Below, one piece after another: positions 1 through 9,899 of a stretch of 48,814 nucleotides of DNA. Numbering within the stretch: position 1 is the first letter of the stretch; each line of letters opens with the position of its first letter. The position numbers and the translations under genes are program-made. Source of the stretch: Sphingosinicella sp. (GTDB taxonomy: Bacteria; Pseudomonadota; Alphaproteobacteria; Sphingomonadales; Sphingomonadaceae); NCBI GenBank assembly GCA_052387495.1, contig JBQTJC010000094.1. The stretch is one strand, 5' to 3'. The notes below the pieces were generated by a model. The model searched no databases, was not told the DNA's origin, and saw only the letters and a list, made by a program, of their open reading frames with translations.

Positions 1-1547
<1,547 letters not shown>

Positions 1548-1819
1548 GCGGTCGCCTTAGCCATTCGGGCCCGGTGAGGCCAGCGTCGACTTTGCAGGGT
1601 CACTTGAGTCAGCCAATGAGTTTCGATACCTAAGTATCTTGAAACACATGAAAAGATGCCGACCCTTCGGTGGCATGAACGGAAAGGACTCGTCGAAGCG
1701 GAACGTCGCCCCTAAATAGCGGCTCCGCGGGCGAGGAATGCGACGGACGCCGCGATTTGCGCGGCCGGCGTGTATTACATATATAACGCACCGACGAGAA
1801 AGCTGCTATTGGCAAGACG

Positions 1820-2995
1820 ATGACGGCCGACGCACTGACCCTTCCGACCTTGCGCCTCCCCGAGGCCGTACGCGCTTATTGGCGCGCCGCTTTGGTGGGC
1901 GCGCTCATGCTCGCCTTGTTCGCGGCGACCCTGGCCGGCATCGCGCTGCGCGACCCGGCCTCCGACGCCGTTTTCGCCCGCGAGGCCGCGGAGACGGCCC
2001 AAGTCTCGCAGCTGCGCCGGCAGGCGATCCAGATGTCCGCGACTCAGATCCGCCCCGTCGCGCCGACCGACGCGCTGGCGATCAACGCCGCGATCCCGAT
2101 CGCGAACCTCGCCAATCCCGCCGCGCGACCCTTCCGGCTGGCCGGCGGCGAGGCGGAGCGCGCCCGCGCCCTCGATTGCCTGACCGCCGCCATCTATTAT
2201 GAGGCGGCGACCGAGCCGACCGAGGGCCAGCGCGCGGTCGCCCAGGTGGTGTTGAACCGGGTCCGCCATCCGGCCTATCCCGCCAGCGTCTGCGGCGTCG
2301 TCTTCGAGGGCGCGCGCCGCTCCACCGGCTGCCAATTCTCCTTCAGCTGCGACGGCTCGCTGCGCCGCGCGCCGATGGCGCCCTTCTGGCAACGCGCCCG
2401 CGCCGTCGCCGAAGCGGCGCTGGGCGGATATGTCCATGCGCCGGCCGGCTGGGCGACCCACTATCATGCCAATTACGTCGTGCCTTACTGGGCCTCGAGC
2501 CTGGTCAAGACGGCGACGGTCGGCGCCCACATCTTCTACCGCTGGCGCGGCGGCTGGGGCCGACCCACGGCCTTTCTGAACCGCTATGCCGGCGCCGAGC
2601 CGGCGATCGCCTGGCGCGGCGGCTTCGGCCAACCGACCGCGCAGGAGCGGATGCTCGCCGCCGCCGAGGCCAATGCCCGCGACGCGCTCGCCGCGGCGGC
2701 GGCCGAGGGCGCCGCGCCGATCCACAGCGTCGACAGCTTCCAGCGCGCGGTCCTCCGCCGCTACGAGCCGCTGCGCCGCGACACCGCCAACGCGCTCATA
2801 GCCGAGCGTACTCGCGCCGATTCGTCGATGACCAACAGCCAGCGCTGGGCGCTGACCGGCAATGACGACGAAGCCGAGACGCCGCAGCAGCGCCCGCTGG
2901 GGCGCTGGGCGCCGCCTTCCGACACGCAAAGCCAAACGCAAACGCCTCCGCCGGCGGCGGCGGGCGGCGCGCCGCCCTCCCCGATGAACGTCTAG
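1820..2995 (+). CDS. Cell wall hydrolase, SleB-like (Hydrolase_2) with N-terminal membrane anchor
   Basis: CLTAAIYYEA, GQRAVAQVVLNRVRHP, CGVVFEG, CQFSF, ATHYHA, HIFY motifs; hydrophobic N-terminal segment. Confidence 0.9.
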   Translation: MTADALTLPTLRLPEAVRAYWRAALVGALMLALFAATLAGIALRDPASDAVFAREAAETAQVSQLRRQAIQMSATQIRPVAPTDALAINAAIPIANLANPAARPFRLAGGEAERARALDCLTAAIYYEAATEPTEGQRAVAQVVLNRVRHPAYPASVCGVVFEGARRSTGCQFSFSCDGSLRRAPMAPFWQRARAVAEAALGGYVHAPAGWATHYHANYVVPYWASSLVKTATVGAHIFYRWRGGWGRPTAFLNRYAGAEPAIAWRGGFGQPTAQERMLAAAEANARDALAAAAAEGAAPIHSVDSFQRAVLRRYEPLRRDTANALIAERTRADSSMTNSQRWALTGNDDEAETPQQRPLGRWAPPSDTQSQTQTPPPAAAGGAPPSPMNV

Positions 2996-3693
2996 CGGAC
3001 GCTTCCCCAGCCGGAATCGCGCGCGCGGCGCTCGCCGGCGGCGTCGAGTGGCTCGCCCGCCATCATCGCCTGCGCCGCTTCGAGCACCAATGGCGCCGAC
3101 CCGCCCGCCTGGCGATAGTCGGTTTGCCGCGCCCGGCTCCCGGCCGCGGTCATCACCAATTGCCAGTCCGCGCCGCCGCGGCAGGCGATGCCGCTCAGCG
3201 CGCCGCCCTCGAAGGTGCGGCAGGGGCTGCCGTCGGCGCGGGCGAAGGTGACGCCGATCCGGGTTGCGGCGTCCGCCGCCTGGGTCGAGGCGAGCTGGGT
3301 CTCCAGCGCCTCGGCAAGCGCGCCGCGCGCGACCAGCACACCCTCATCGGTCACGACCGTCGCGCTCTCCGGCCAGGCGCGGCCGACGAAGATGCCGAGC
3401 ACGAGGGTGGCGGCGATCGCGGTCAGGCTCTGCCAGAGCGGCCGCGACCGGCCCGGTCGCGCCGCCGCGATCTCGACGACGTTGGTCTCCAGCATCGCGC
3501 GAAAGCGCTCCGGCACGTCTTCGTCGGCCACGGGGCCGTAATGCGCGGCGAGCCGGTCCCGCAGGCGGCGCTGCCCGTCGAGCCGGGCGGCCAGGGCGGG
3601 ATCCTCGGTCAGCGCCGTCTCGACGCGGCGCCGCTCGACCTCGTTCAGCTCGCCGTCGAGCCAAGCCATCAGGGTGTCGTCATCCACGGCCAT
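2992..3693 (-). CDS. Transmembrane anti-sigma factor
   Basis: N-terminal LMAWLDGEL anti-sigma domain, central TM helix (AIAATLVLGIFVG), periplasmic domain with CRTF...GIAC; start overlaps the sigma gene stop. Confidence 0.85.
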   Translation of the reverse strand: MAVDDDTLMAWLDGELNEVERRRVETALTEDPALAARLDGQRRLRDRLAAHYGPVADEDVPERFRAMLETNVVEIAAARPGRSRPLWQSLTAIAATLVLGIFVGRAWPESATVVTDEGVLVARGALAEALETQLASTQAADAATRIGVTFARADGSPCRTFEGGALSGIACRGGADWQLVMTAAGSRARQTDYRQAGGSAPLVLEAAQAMMAGEPLDAAGERRARDSGWGSVR

Positions 3694-4181
3694 TACGCGG
3701 CCTCCAGCATGCGGGCGAGCGCCTGACGGCCCCGGGTCAGCCGCGAGGTTAAAGTCCCGATCGGTATCTCAAGCAAATCGGCCGCCTCGCGATAGGCGAG
3801 CCCTTCGACCAGGACGAGCGCGATCACCTCGCGCTGCTCTGCCGGCAGCGTATCCATCGCCCGATCGACATCCTGCAACTCCAGGCGCCGTTCGATCCGC
3901 TCGTGAGCGTCGCTGCCGATCCGCTCGCCGGCCTCCTCGGGCGCGAAGGTCCGGCCGCTGCGCGCGCGGCGGCGGGCTTCGTCGATCCAGCAATTGCGCA
4001 TGATCCGCATCATCCAGGCATCCAGTCTCGTTCCGGGCTGCCACTGGCCGCGTGCCTTCAAGGCACGCTCCAGCGCCGCCTGGGTCAGGTCGTCCGCATC
4101 GGCCGGGTCGTGAGTCAATGCGCGCGCGAACCGGCGCAGCCGGGGCACCAGCGTCAGCAGCTCACGCTCGAAAGCCTGCAA
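3693..4181 (-). CDS. ECF RNA polymerase sigma factor
   Basis: LRRFARALT..DADDLTQ (region 2), REVIALVLVEGLAYREAADLLEIPIGTLTSRL (region 4). Start placed at TTG 4181 (GGAG 7 nt upstream, downstream of ECF promoter); ORF track extends to 4235. Confidence 0.92.
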   Translation of the reverse strand: MQAFERELLTLVPRLRRFARALTHDPADADDLTQAALERALKARGQWQPGTRLDAWMMRIMRNCWIDEARRRARSGRTFAPEEAGERIGSDAHERIERRLELQDVDRAMDTLPAEQREVIALVLVEGLAYREAADLLEIPIGTLTSRLTRGRQALARMLEAA

Positions 4182-4202
4182 CAGGCGACTCCGTTCGTTG
4201 GA

Positions 4203-4232
4203 GGAAACGGATGGTCCCGCGCGTTTCATCCC
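4203..4232 (-). promoter_or_regulatory. Putative autoregulatory ECF promoter GGGATGAAAC-N12-CCGTTTCC
   Basis: Same 30-bp bipartite motif recurs at 5535-5564; AAC / CGT cores typical of ECF -35/-10. Confidence 0.8.
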
Positions 4233-4265
4233 CAAGCAAGCGAAAATATGTCAAGAGGAGGCCCG

Positions 4266-5534
4266 ATGGCGCCACGAAGGTTCTTGTCCCGAACTTTGAT
4301 CGCCGTGCTCGCATTGAGCGCGGCGGCGGCCGGCGCGCAACTCCTGCCGCAGACGCCGATCCCGCCGGTCGGCGATGTGCTCGGCGGGATCGATCGCACC
4401 GGACGCGACCTGCTCGATTCGGCCGACGCGACGCTCGGCGAGGTCCGGGCCAGCGCCCGCACGCTCGCCCGCGACCGGATCGACCGCCTCGAAGCGCTCG
4501 TCCGCCGCAACCGCGACCGGCTCGAGATGACCGATCTCGGCCCGGCGGTGCGCGGCGAGGTAATCGCAATCGATCCGGGCCCGGCGGCCTTGGCGGCCTT
4601 GCAGGAAGCGGGCTTCGTCCGGCGGGGCGAAGAGGCGCTGGACGGGCTCGGTATCCGCGCGGTGACGCTCGCCGTGCCGCGCGGCTGGTCGGTCGACCGC
4701 GCCTTGTCGCGGCTGCGCCGGATCGCGCCGGGCACCGAATTCGCCGCCAATCACCTCCACCTGCAAAGCGGCGCCGAGGCCGCGATCGACGGCGCGGTGG
4801 CGATGCAGGGGAGCGGATCTGGGCCGCCCGCTGTCGGGATCGTCGATGGCGGCGTCGCGCGCCACCCGGCGCTGCGCGGCGCGATCCAGCAGCGCGGCTT
4901 TGTCGCCGGGGCGCCCCGCGCCAGCGCGCACGGTACCGCGGTCGCCTCGCTCGTCGCGGGCCAGGGGGTGATGCGCAGCGCGGCGCCGGGCGCCGCCTTG
5001 TTCGTCGCCGACATTTACGGCACCGACCCGGCGGGCGGCAACGCGCTGGCGCTGTCCCGCGCCCTCGCCTGGCTGGCCGGCCAGCGCGTTCGGGTGGTGG
5101 CGGTCAGCCTGGTCGGCCCCGCCAATCCGCTCGTCGCGCGGACGGTGGCGCAGGCGCGGGCGCGGGGCATGCACATCGTCGCCGCGGTCGGCAATGACGG
5201 CCCGGCCGCGCCACCCGCTTATCCCGCCTCCTATCCCGGCGTGATCGCGGTGACCGGCATCGACGGGCGCGGCCGGGTGCTGATCGAGGCCGGGCGCGCC
5301 AGCCATCTCGATTATGCCGCGCCCGGCGCCGATATGGCGGCAGCCGGCGGCGGGGGTCTCGTCGCCGTGCGCGGCACGTCCTATGCGGTGCCGCTCGTCG
5401 CGGGACGGCTTGCCCATCATGTGGGCGGTCGCAACCCGATCGCCTCGCTGGACGCCGAGGCGCAGCTCCGGGGCCGCAGAGGCCTCGGACGGGGCGTGAT
5501 CTGCGGCGGTTGCCGCACGGTTCGTCGACGTTGA
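4266..5534 (+). CDS. Secreted S8 (subtilisin-like) serine peptidase
   Basis: GAGGAGG RBS before ATG 4266; signal peptide; catalytic triad IVDGG, HGTAVA, GTSYA; oxyanion AAVGNDG. Confidence 0.92.
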   Translation: MAPRRFLSRTLIAVLALSAAAAGAQLLPQTPIPPVGDVLGGIDRTGRDLLDSADATLGEVRASARTLARDRIDRLEALVRRNRDRLEMTDLGPAVRGEVIAIDPGPAALAALQEAGFVRRGEEALDGLGIRAVTLAVPRGWSVDRALSRLRRIAPGTEFAANHLHLQSGAEAAIDGAVAMQGSGSGPPAVGIVDGGVARHPALRGAIQQRGFVAGAPRASAHGTAVASLVAGQGVMRSAAPGAALFVADIYGTDPAGGNALALSRALAWLAGQRVRVVAVSLVGPANPLVARTVAQARARGMHIVAAVGNDGPAAPPAYPASYPGVIAVTGIDGRGRVLIEAGRASHLDYAAPGADMAAAGGGGLVAVRGTSYAVPLVAGRLAHHVGGRNPIASLDAEAQLRGRRGLGRGVICGGCRTVRRR

Positions 5535-5564
5535 GGGATTAAACCCGACAGCTCGTCCGTTTCC
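5535..5564 (+). promoter_or_regulatory. Putative ECF promoter GGGATTAAAC-N12-CCGTTTCC
   Basis: Matches 4203-4232 at 17 of 18 box positions with identical spacing; 46 nt upstream of ATG 5611. Confidence 0.8.
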
Positions 5565-5610
5565 CGCACGTGAGGACGCGATCCTCGCCTGTTTCAACGG
5601 GAGATCGACA

Positions 5611-6303
5611 ATGAAACTCGCATTCAAGCTCATGGCCGGCTGCGCCTTCCTGATCGCCGCGCCGGCTTCGGCCCAGATCCTGGGCGGCGGCGGCCTTGGC
5701 GGCTCGCTGGGCGGCCAGCTCGGCGGTACGCTCGGCCGCCCCCTCGGTGACGTGCGCGGCACGCTCGACAGCACCGTGCGCGGTACTGCCGACACGCGCG
5801 TCGAGCGCAATGTCGACCGGCGCCGCGGCCGCGCCAGCGCGCGCGGCTCGGGCAATGCCGCCGCCGACGGCACGCTCGACGGCACCGTCGATTCGGCGCT
5901 CGGCAGGCGCAGCGTTTCCGGCAATGCCGGCGGCAGCGCCTCGGGCAGCGCCGGCGCGGACGCCGAGCTGGTCGGCACCGACGCGGTGCGCGATACGGTG
6001 GGCAATGCGCGCAACCGGGCCCGCAACACGGTCGCCAACACGCGCGAGCGGGCCGGCAACGCCGCCGCGAACGCGCGCGGCCGCGCCGACGGCGCGCTGA
6101 GCGGCGTGGCCGACAAGCTGAACGCGGTCCAGGCCTCCGCCTCCGCGACCGCCGATGCCTCCGGCAATGCCTCGGCCGGCAACAGGTCGAACCGCTCGCG
6201 ATCGGGCGCCGCACAGTCGGATGCACCGCGCAGCAGCGCGACGAGCGAGCGACGCGGCAGCCGCGCCAGCCGCAGCGAGCGCACCCGTACCCGCGAGGAA
6301 TAG
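5611..6303 (+). CDS. Secreted Gly/Ala/Arg/Ser-rich low-complexity protein
   Basis: GGGAG RBS, signal peptide ending APASA-Q, GC3-rich codons, own promoter and terminator. Confidence 0.85.
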   Translation: MKLAFKLMAGCAFLIAAPASAQILGGGGLGGSLGGQLGGTLGRPLGDVRGTLDSTVRGTADTRVERNVDRRRGRASARGSGNAAADGTLDGTVDSALGRRSVSGNAGGSASGSAGADAELVGTDAVRDTVGNARNRARNTVANTRERAGNAAANARGRADGALSGVADKLNAVQASASATADASGNASAGNRSNRSRSGAAQSDAPRSSATSERRGSRASRSERTRTREE

Positions 6304-6317
6304 CACTCGCGGACTTC

Positions 6318-6358
6318 AGGAAAGCCCCGGCGCCTCCCGACGCCGGGGCTTTTCCTTT
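6318..6358 (+). terminator. Intrinsic terminator
   Basis: AAAGCCCCGGCG-loop-CGCCGGGGCTTT followed by TCCTTT. Confidence 0.85.
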
Positions 6359-6392
6359 GCCCTCTCCGCGAGCCGGCGACATAGGAGCGGCG

Positions 6393-7550
6393 ATGCACCC
6401 GCTCTTCGCCCAGCTGCCGGTCTCGATCTTCGAGCATATGTCGGGCCTCGCCCGCGCCCATGAGGCGGTGAATCTCGGCCAGGGCTTTCCCGATTTCGGA
6501 TGGCCGGACGACGTCGTGCGCCGCGCGGCGGAGGCGCTGACCGGCGAGGCGAGCCAGTATCCGCCAATGCGGGGCAAGCCGGAGCTGCGGGAAGCCGTTG
6601 CGGGCCATTATGCGGCACAGCAGGGGCTGACGATCGAATCGGAGCAGGTGATCGTCACCTCGGGCGCGACCGAGGCGCTCGCGGCGTCGCTGATGGCGCT
6701 GATCGCGCCCGGCGATGAGGTTTTGCTCTTCCAGCCGCTCTACGATGCCTATCGGCCGCTCGTGCTGCGCGCAGGGGGCGTGCCGCGGCTCGCGGGGCTG
6801 AAGCCGCCCGGCTGGCGGATCGACGCGGGGCTGATCGCCGGAGCGTTCAGCGATCGCACCCAGCTCGTCGTCTTCAACAATCCGCACAACCCGACGGCGC
6901 GCGTATTCGATGCCGAGGAGCTGGCGTTGCTCGCCGAGGCCTGCGTTCGGCACGACGTGATCGCGCTGACAGACGAGGTCTGGGAGCATGTCCTGTTCGA
7001 CGGCCGCAAGCACATCCCGCTCGCCTCGCTGCCGGGCATGGCAGAACGGACGGTCAAGGTCGGGTCGGCGGGCAAGATCTTCTCGCTGACCGGCTGGAAG
7101 GTCGGTTGGGCGGTGGCTGCGCCGGCGCTCGCGGCGGCGGTCGCCAACGTCCACCAGTTCCTCACCTTCACCACCGCGCCCAATCTACAGAGCGCGGTCG
7201 CCTACGGGCTCGGCAAGAGCGACGAATATTACGAGGCGATGCGCGCCCGCTTCGCCGAGGCGCGCGACCATCTCGCGGCCGGGCTCGAAGCGGCGGGCTA
7301 CGCCGTGCTCCCGGCCGAAGGCACCTATTTCCTCAACGTCGACCTCGCCGCCTCGGGCATCGCCACCGGCGATGTCGATTTCTGCGAGCGCGCGGTGCGC
7401 GAATGCGGGGTGGCGGCGATCCCGCTCTCCGCGCTCTACGCCGAGGCGCCCGTGACCAACGTCATCCGCCTCTGCTTTGCCAAGAAGCGGGAGACGCTCG
7501 ACGAGGGCATCGCCCGCCTCGCCAAAGCGCGCGCGCTGATGAGGGCCTAG
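6393..7550 (+). CDS. PLP-dependent class I/II aminotransferase (YbdL/kynurenine aminotransferase-like)
   Basis: NLGQGFPDF, VTSGATEAL, NNPHNPT, DEVWEH, SAGKIFSLTGWKVGW; AGGAG RBS. Confidence 0.9.
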   Translation: MHPLFAQLPVSIFEHMSGLARAHEAVNLGQGFPDFGWPDDVVRRAAEALTGEASQYPPMRGKPELREAVAGHYAAQQGLTIESEQVIVTSGATEALAASLMALIAPGDEVLLFQPLYDAYRPLVLRAGGVPRLAGLKPPGWRIDAGLIAGAFSDRTQLVVFNNPHNPTARVFDAEELALLAEACVRHDVIALTDEVWEHVLFDGRKHIPLASLPGMAERTVKVGSAGKIFSLTGWKVGWAVAAPALAAAVANVHQFLTFTTAPNLQSAVAYGLGKSDEYYEAMRARFAEARDHLAAGLEAAGYAVLPAEGTYFLNVDLAASGIATGDVDFCERAVRECGVAAIPLSALYAEAPVTNVIRLCFAKKRETLDEGIARLAKARALMRA

Positions 7551-8272
7551 AGCGGCCCGCCGCGCCACGCCGGCAGGGGGCGATCGCCGAGCGCCACCTC
7601 GACCGCAGCTTTGGCGAGCAGGCGGGTGGAATCGAAGATCGGCAGCGGCGAATTCTCCGCGCCGATCAGCAGCGGGATTTCGGTGCAGACCAAAGCGACC
7701 GCATCACAGCCGCGTGCGGCCAGCCCGTCGATGACCCCGACGCAGGTTGCGCGCGATTCGTCGGTGAGGATGCCGAGGCAAAGCTCGTCGAAGATGATGC
7801 CGTGGACGGTCTGACGGTCGGCCTCGTCCGGGATTTCCCAGTCAAGCCCGCGCCGGCCGAGCACGCCCGGATAGACCGGTCCGGTCATCGTCCAGTCGGT
7901 GCCGAGAATGCCGATCTTGCGCCGGCCGTCGGCGCGCGCCCGATCCGCGACGACCTCACCGATATGAAGGCAGGGAATCGGGAAAGGCGCGCCCGGCGCC
8001 TCGAGCGCGATATGGGCGGTGTTGTCCGGCAGCACGAAGAAATCGCAGCCGGCGGCGGCCAGCTTCCCGGCGTCGGCGAGGAAAATGCTGCGCAGCATTT
8101 CGAGGTCGCCGCGCTCCCAGGCGTCCAGCCCGAGGTGCATGTCGACGCAAGACATCGTGAACTCGGGATGGAAGTGCGCGACAATCCGCGAGACGCAATC
8201 GAGCCAGGCGGTGCGGTAGCAGAGCGTCGCCCCCTCCGCGCTGTGGGCGAGGATGCCGATATGCAGGGTCAT
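7547..8272 (-). CDS. Aspartate/glutamate racemase family protein
   Basis: IGILAHSAEG, PDNTAH, GILGTDWTM, LVCTEIPL, FDSTRLLA. Confidence 0.88.
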   Translation of the reverse strand: MTLHIGILAHSAEGATLCYRTAWLDCVSRIVAHFHPEFTMSCVDMHLGLDAWERGDLEMLRSIFLADAGKLAAAGCDFFVLPDNTAHIALEAPGAPFPIPCLHIGEVVADRARADGRRKIGILGTDWTMTGPVYPGVLGRRGLDWEIPDEADRQTVHGIIFDELCLGILTDESRATCVGVIDGLAARGCDAVALVCTEIPLLIGAENSPLPIFDSTRLLAKAAVEVALGDRPLPAWRGGPL

Positions 8273-8356
8273 GGCCTGTGCTGGCGTGCCGCGGCGCTGC
8301 TGGCAAGCGCGGCCGCATTAACGAAGCGTGGAGAATATCGGCGCAGGATGCGGCCC

Positions 8357-8593
8357 ATGCACTTTCTGCTCCTCGCGATGATGATCCAGCCGCAGCTTCA
8401 GGCGGTCGCCGAGCCGCCGCGGCGCGTCGCTCGCGCCGAGCGGAGCCGCCGGCTCGACCTACGCTCGCTGGACGCAACGCTCGCCTCCGAGGCGCGGCGC
8501 GAGCGGCGTGGTCGCCAGAGCCCGCAGCGGATTCAGGCCTGGCGCGGCGTGCCCGTGGTCATGGTCGACGGGCGGCCGCACGGAATCTGGTAG
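8357..8593 (+). CDS. Small hypothetical protein
   Basis: Fills the gap between racemase and SDR; hydrophobic N-terminus MHFLLLAMMI; alternative start 8348; no recognisable domain. Confidence 0.45.
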   Translation: MHFLLLAMMIQPQLQAVAEPPRRVARAERSRRLDLRSLDATLASEARRERRGRQSPQRIQAWRGVPVVMVDGRPHGIW

Positions 8594-8595
8594 GC

Positions 8596-9378
8596 TCAGC
8601 GTGGTGCCATCCGGATGGCGCCGTCGAGCCTCACATATTCGCCGTTCAGATAGCTGTTCTCGGCCATGACTACGGCGAGGCGCGCATACTCCTCCGCCCG
8701 ACCGAGCCGTTTCGGGAAGGGTACCTGCGCGGCGAGCGCGTCCTTCACGTTCTGCGGCATCATCGCCACCATCGGCGTTTCGAACACGCCGGGGAGGATG
8801 GTGTTGACCCGGATCCCCTCCCCCATCAGGTCGCGCGCGATCGGGAGCGCCATGCCGAGCACGCCTGCCTTCGAGGCCGAATAGGCCGCTTGGCCGATCT
8901 GCCCGTCCTGGGCGGCGACCGAGGCGGTGTTGACGATCACGCCCTTCTCGCCGTCCTCGAGCGGATCGAGCGCGGCCATGCCGGCGGCGGACTTGGCGAG
9001 GACGCGGAAGGTGCCGATCAGGTTGATCTGAATGACCAGTTCGAACTGGTGGATCGGATAGGGTCTGATCTCGCCGGTCGTTTTATCGCGGCCGACCGTC
9101 TTCATCGCATTGGCGACGCCGGCGCAATTGACGCAGATCCGCTCCTGCCCGTGCGCCGCGCGCGCCGTCGCGAAGGCGGCCTCGACCGCCTCGTCCGAAG
9201 TCACGTCGCATTGCGCGAAGATGCCGCCGATCTCGCCGGCGACCTTCTCGCCCCGCTCGGCGTCGCGGTCGAAGACGGCAACCTTCACACCCTTCGCGGC
9301 CAGCGCGCGCGCCGTCGCCTCGCCGAGGCCTGACGCGCCGCCGGTGACGACGGCGGCGATGCTGGAGTCGAGCTTCAT
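8596..9378 (-). CDS. SDR oxidoreductase, 3-hydroxyacyl-CoA dehydrogenase type II (HSD17B10-like)
   Basis: [47 protein letters not shown]; GAGG RBS. Confidence 0.92.
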   Translation of the reverse strand: MKLDSSIAAVVTGGASGLGEATARALAAKGVKVAVFDRDAERGEKVAGEIGGIFAQCDVTSDEAVEAAFATARAAHGQERICVNCAGVANAMKTVGRDKTTGEIRPYPIHQFELVIQINLIGTFRVLAKSAAGMAALDPLEDGEKGVIVNTASVAAQDGQIGQAAYSASKAGVLGMALPIARDLMGEGIRVNTILPGVFETPMVAMMPQNVKDALAAQVPFPKRLGRAEEYARLAVVMAENSYLNGEYVRLDGAIRMAPR

Positions 9379-9528
9379 GGCGGTTCCTCTCGAATTTCGG
9401 ATGGCCGGCGCACCTAGCGGCATGCCCCCGGGTTGGACAAGACACGCCCCTTATTTACCGTGTTGTTACTATATCCGGAAAGGCGTAAGCAGGCGGCGCC
9501 CTTTGGGGGGCATGTGGGGAGAGTCCAA

Positions 9529-9837
9529 ATGAAGGCTGTACGTAAACTCAGCCGCCGCTCGTTCATGACGCGCGTGGCGGGCGGTGCCGTGGTTGGGGGC
9601 GGCGCGCTCGTCGCGCTGACCGGGAGAGCCGAGGCGTTCCAGGTAACGGATGCGGACGACGGGGCGAATGCCGACCCGGCCGGCCGCGGCCGCGGCGGGC
9701 CGGCGAACCGGATCCGCGGCTGCACCGACGGCGACACCGGCGCCCGTGCCGATCCCGGCGGCGCGGGACGCGGCAATCGCCGCACCGACAGCGACGCTGG
9801 ACCGGGCTCCGACCCGGCACGATGCGGCCGCCGCTGA
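9529..9837 (+). CDS. Tat-exported small protein with three TDxDxGxxxDP repeats
   Basis: GGGGAGAG RBS; SRRSFM twin-arginine motif, h-region, AEA cleavage site; three tandem repeats; terminator downstream. Confidence 0.85.
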   Translation: MKAVRKLSRRSFMTRVAGGAVVGGGALVALTGRAEAFQVTDADDGANADPAGRGRGGPANRIRGCTDGDTGARADPGGAGRGNRRTDSDAGPGSDPARCGRR

Positions 9838-9856
9838 CGGGCTGAATCGCTGAAAC

Positions 9857-9894
9857 GAGGCGCGCTCGCCGGACCGCCGGCGGGCGCGTTTCTC
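9857..9894. terminator. Hairpin terminator between convergent genes
   Basis: GAGGCGCGCTCGCCGG-ACCG-CCGGCGGGCGCGTTTC. Confidence 0.7.
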
Positions 9895-9899
9895 TACGC

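Noticed and set aside
4182-4235. N-terminal extensions in the ORF track for the sigma factor (and for S8, pgi, era, nth, TonB receptor)
   Set aside because: They overlap promoters or neighbouring genes; downstream starts have better RBS and match family N-termini
9640-9830. Repeat peptide as a confirmed RiPP (graspetide-type) precursor
   Set aside because: No ATP-grasp, radical SAM, methyltransferase or peptidase-transporter gene nearby; kept only as an alternative hypothesis
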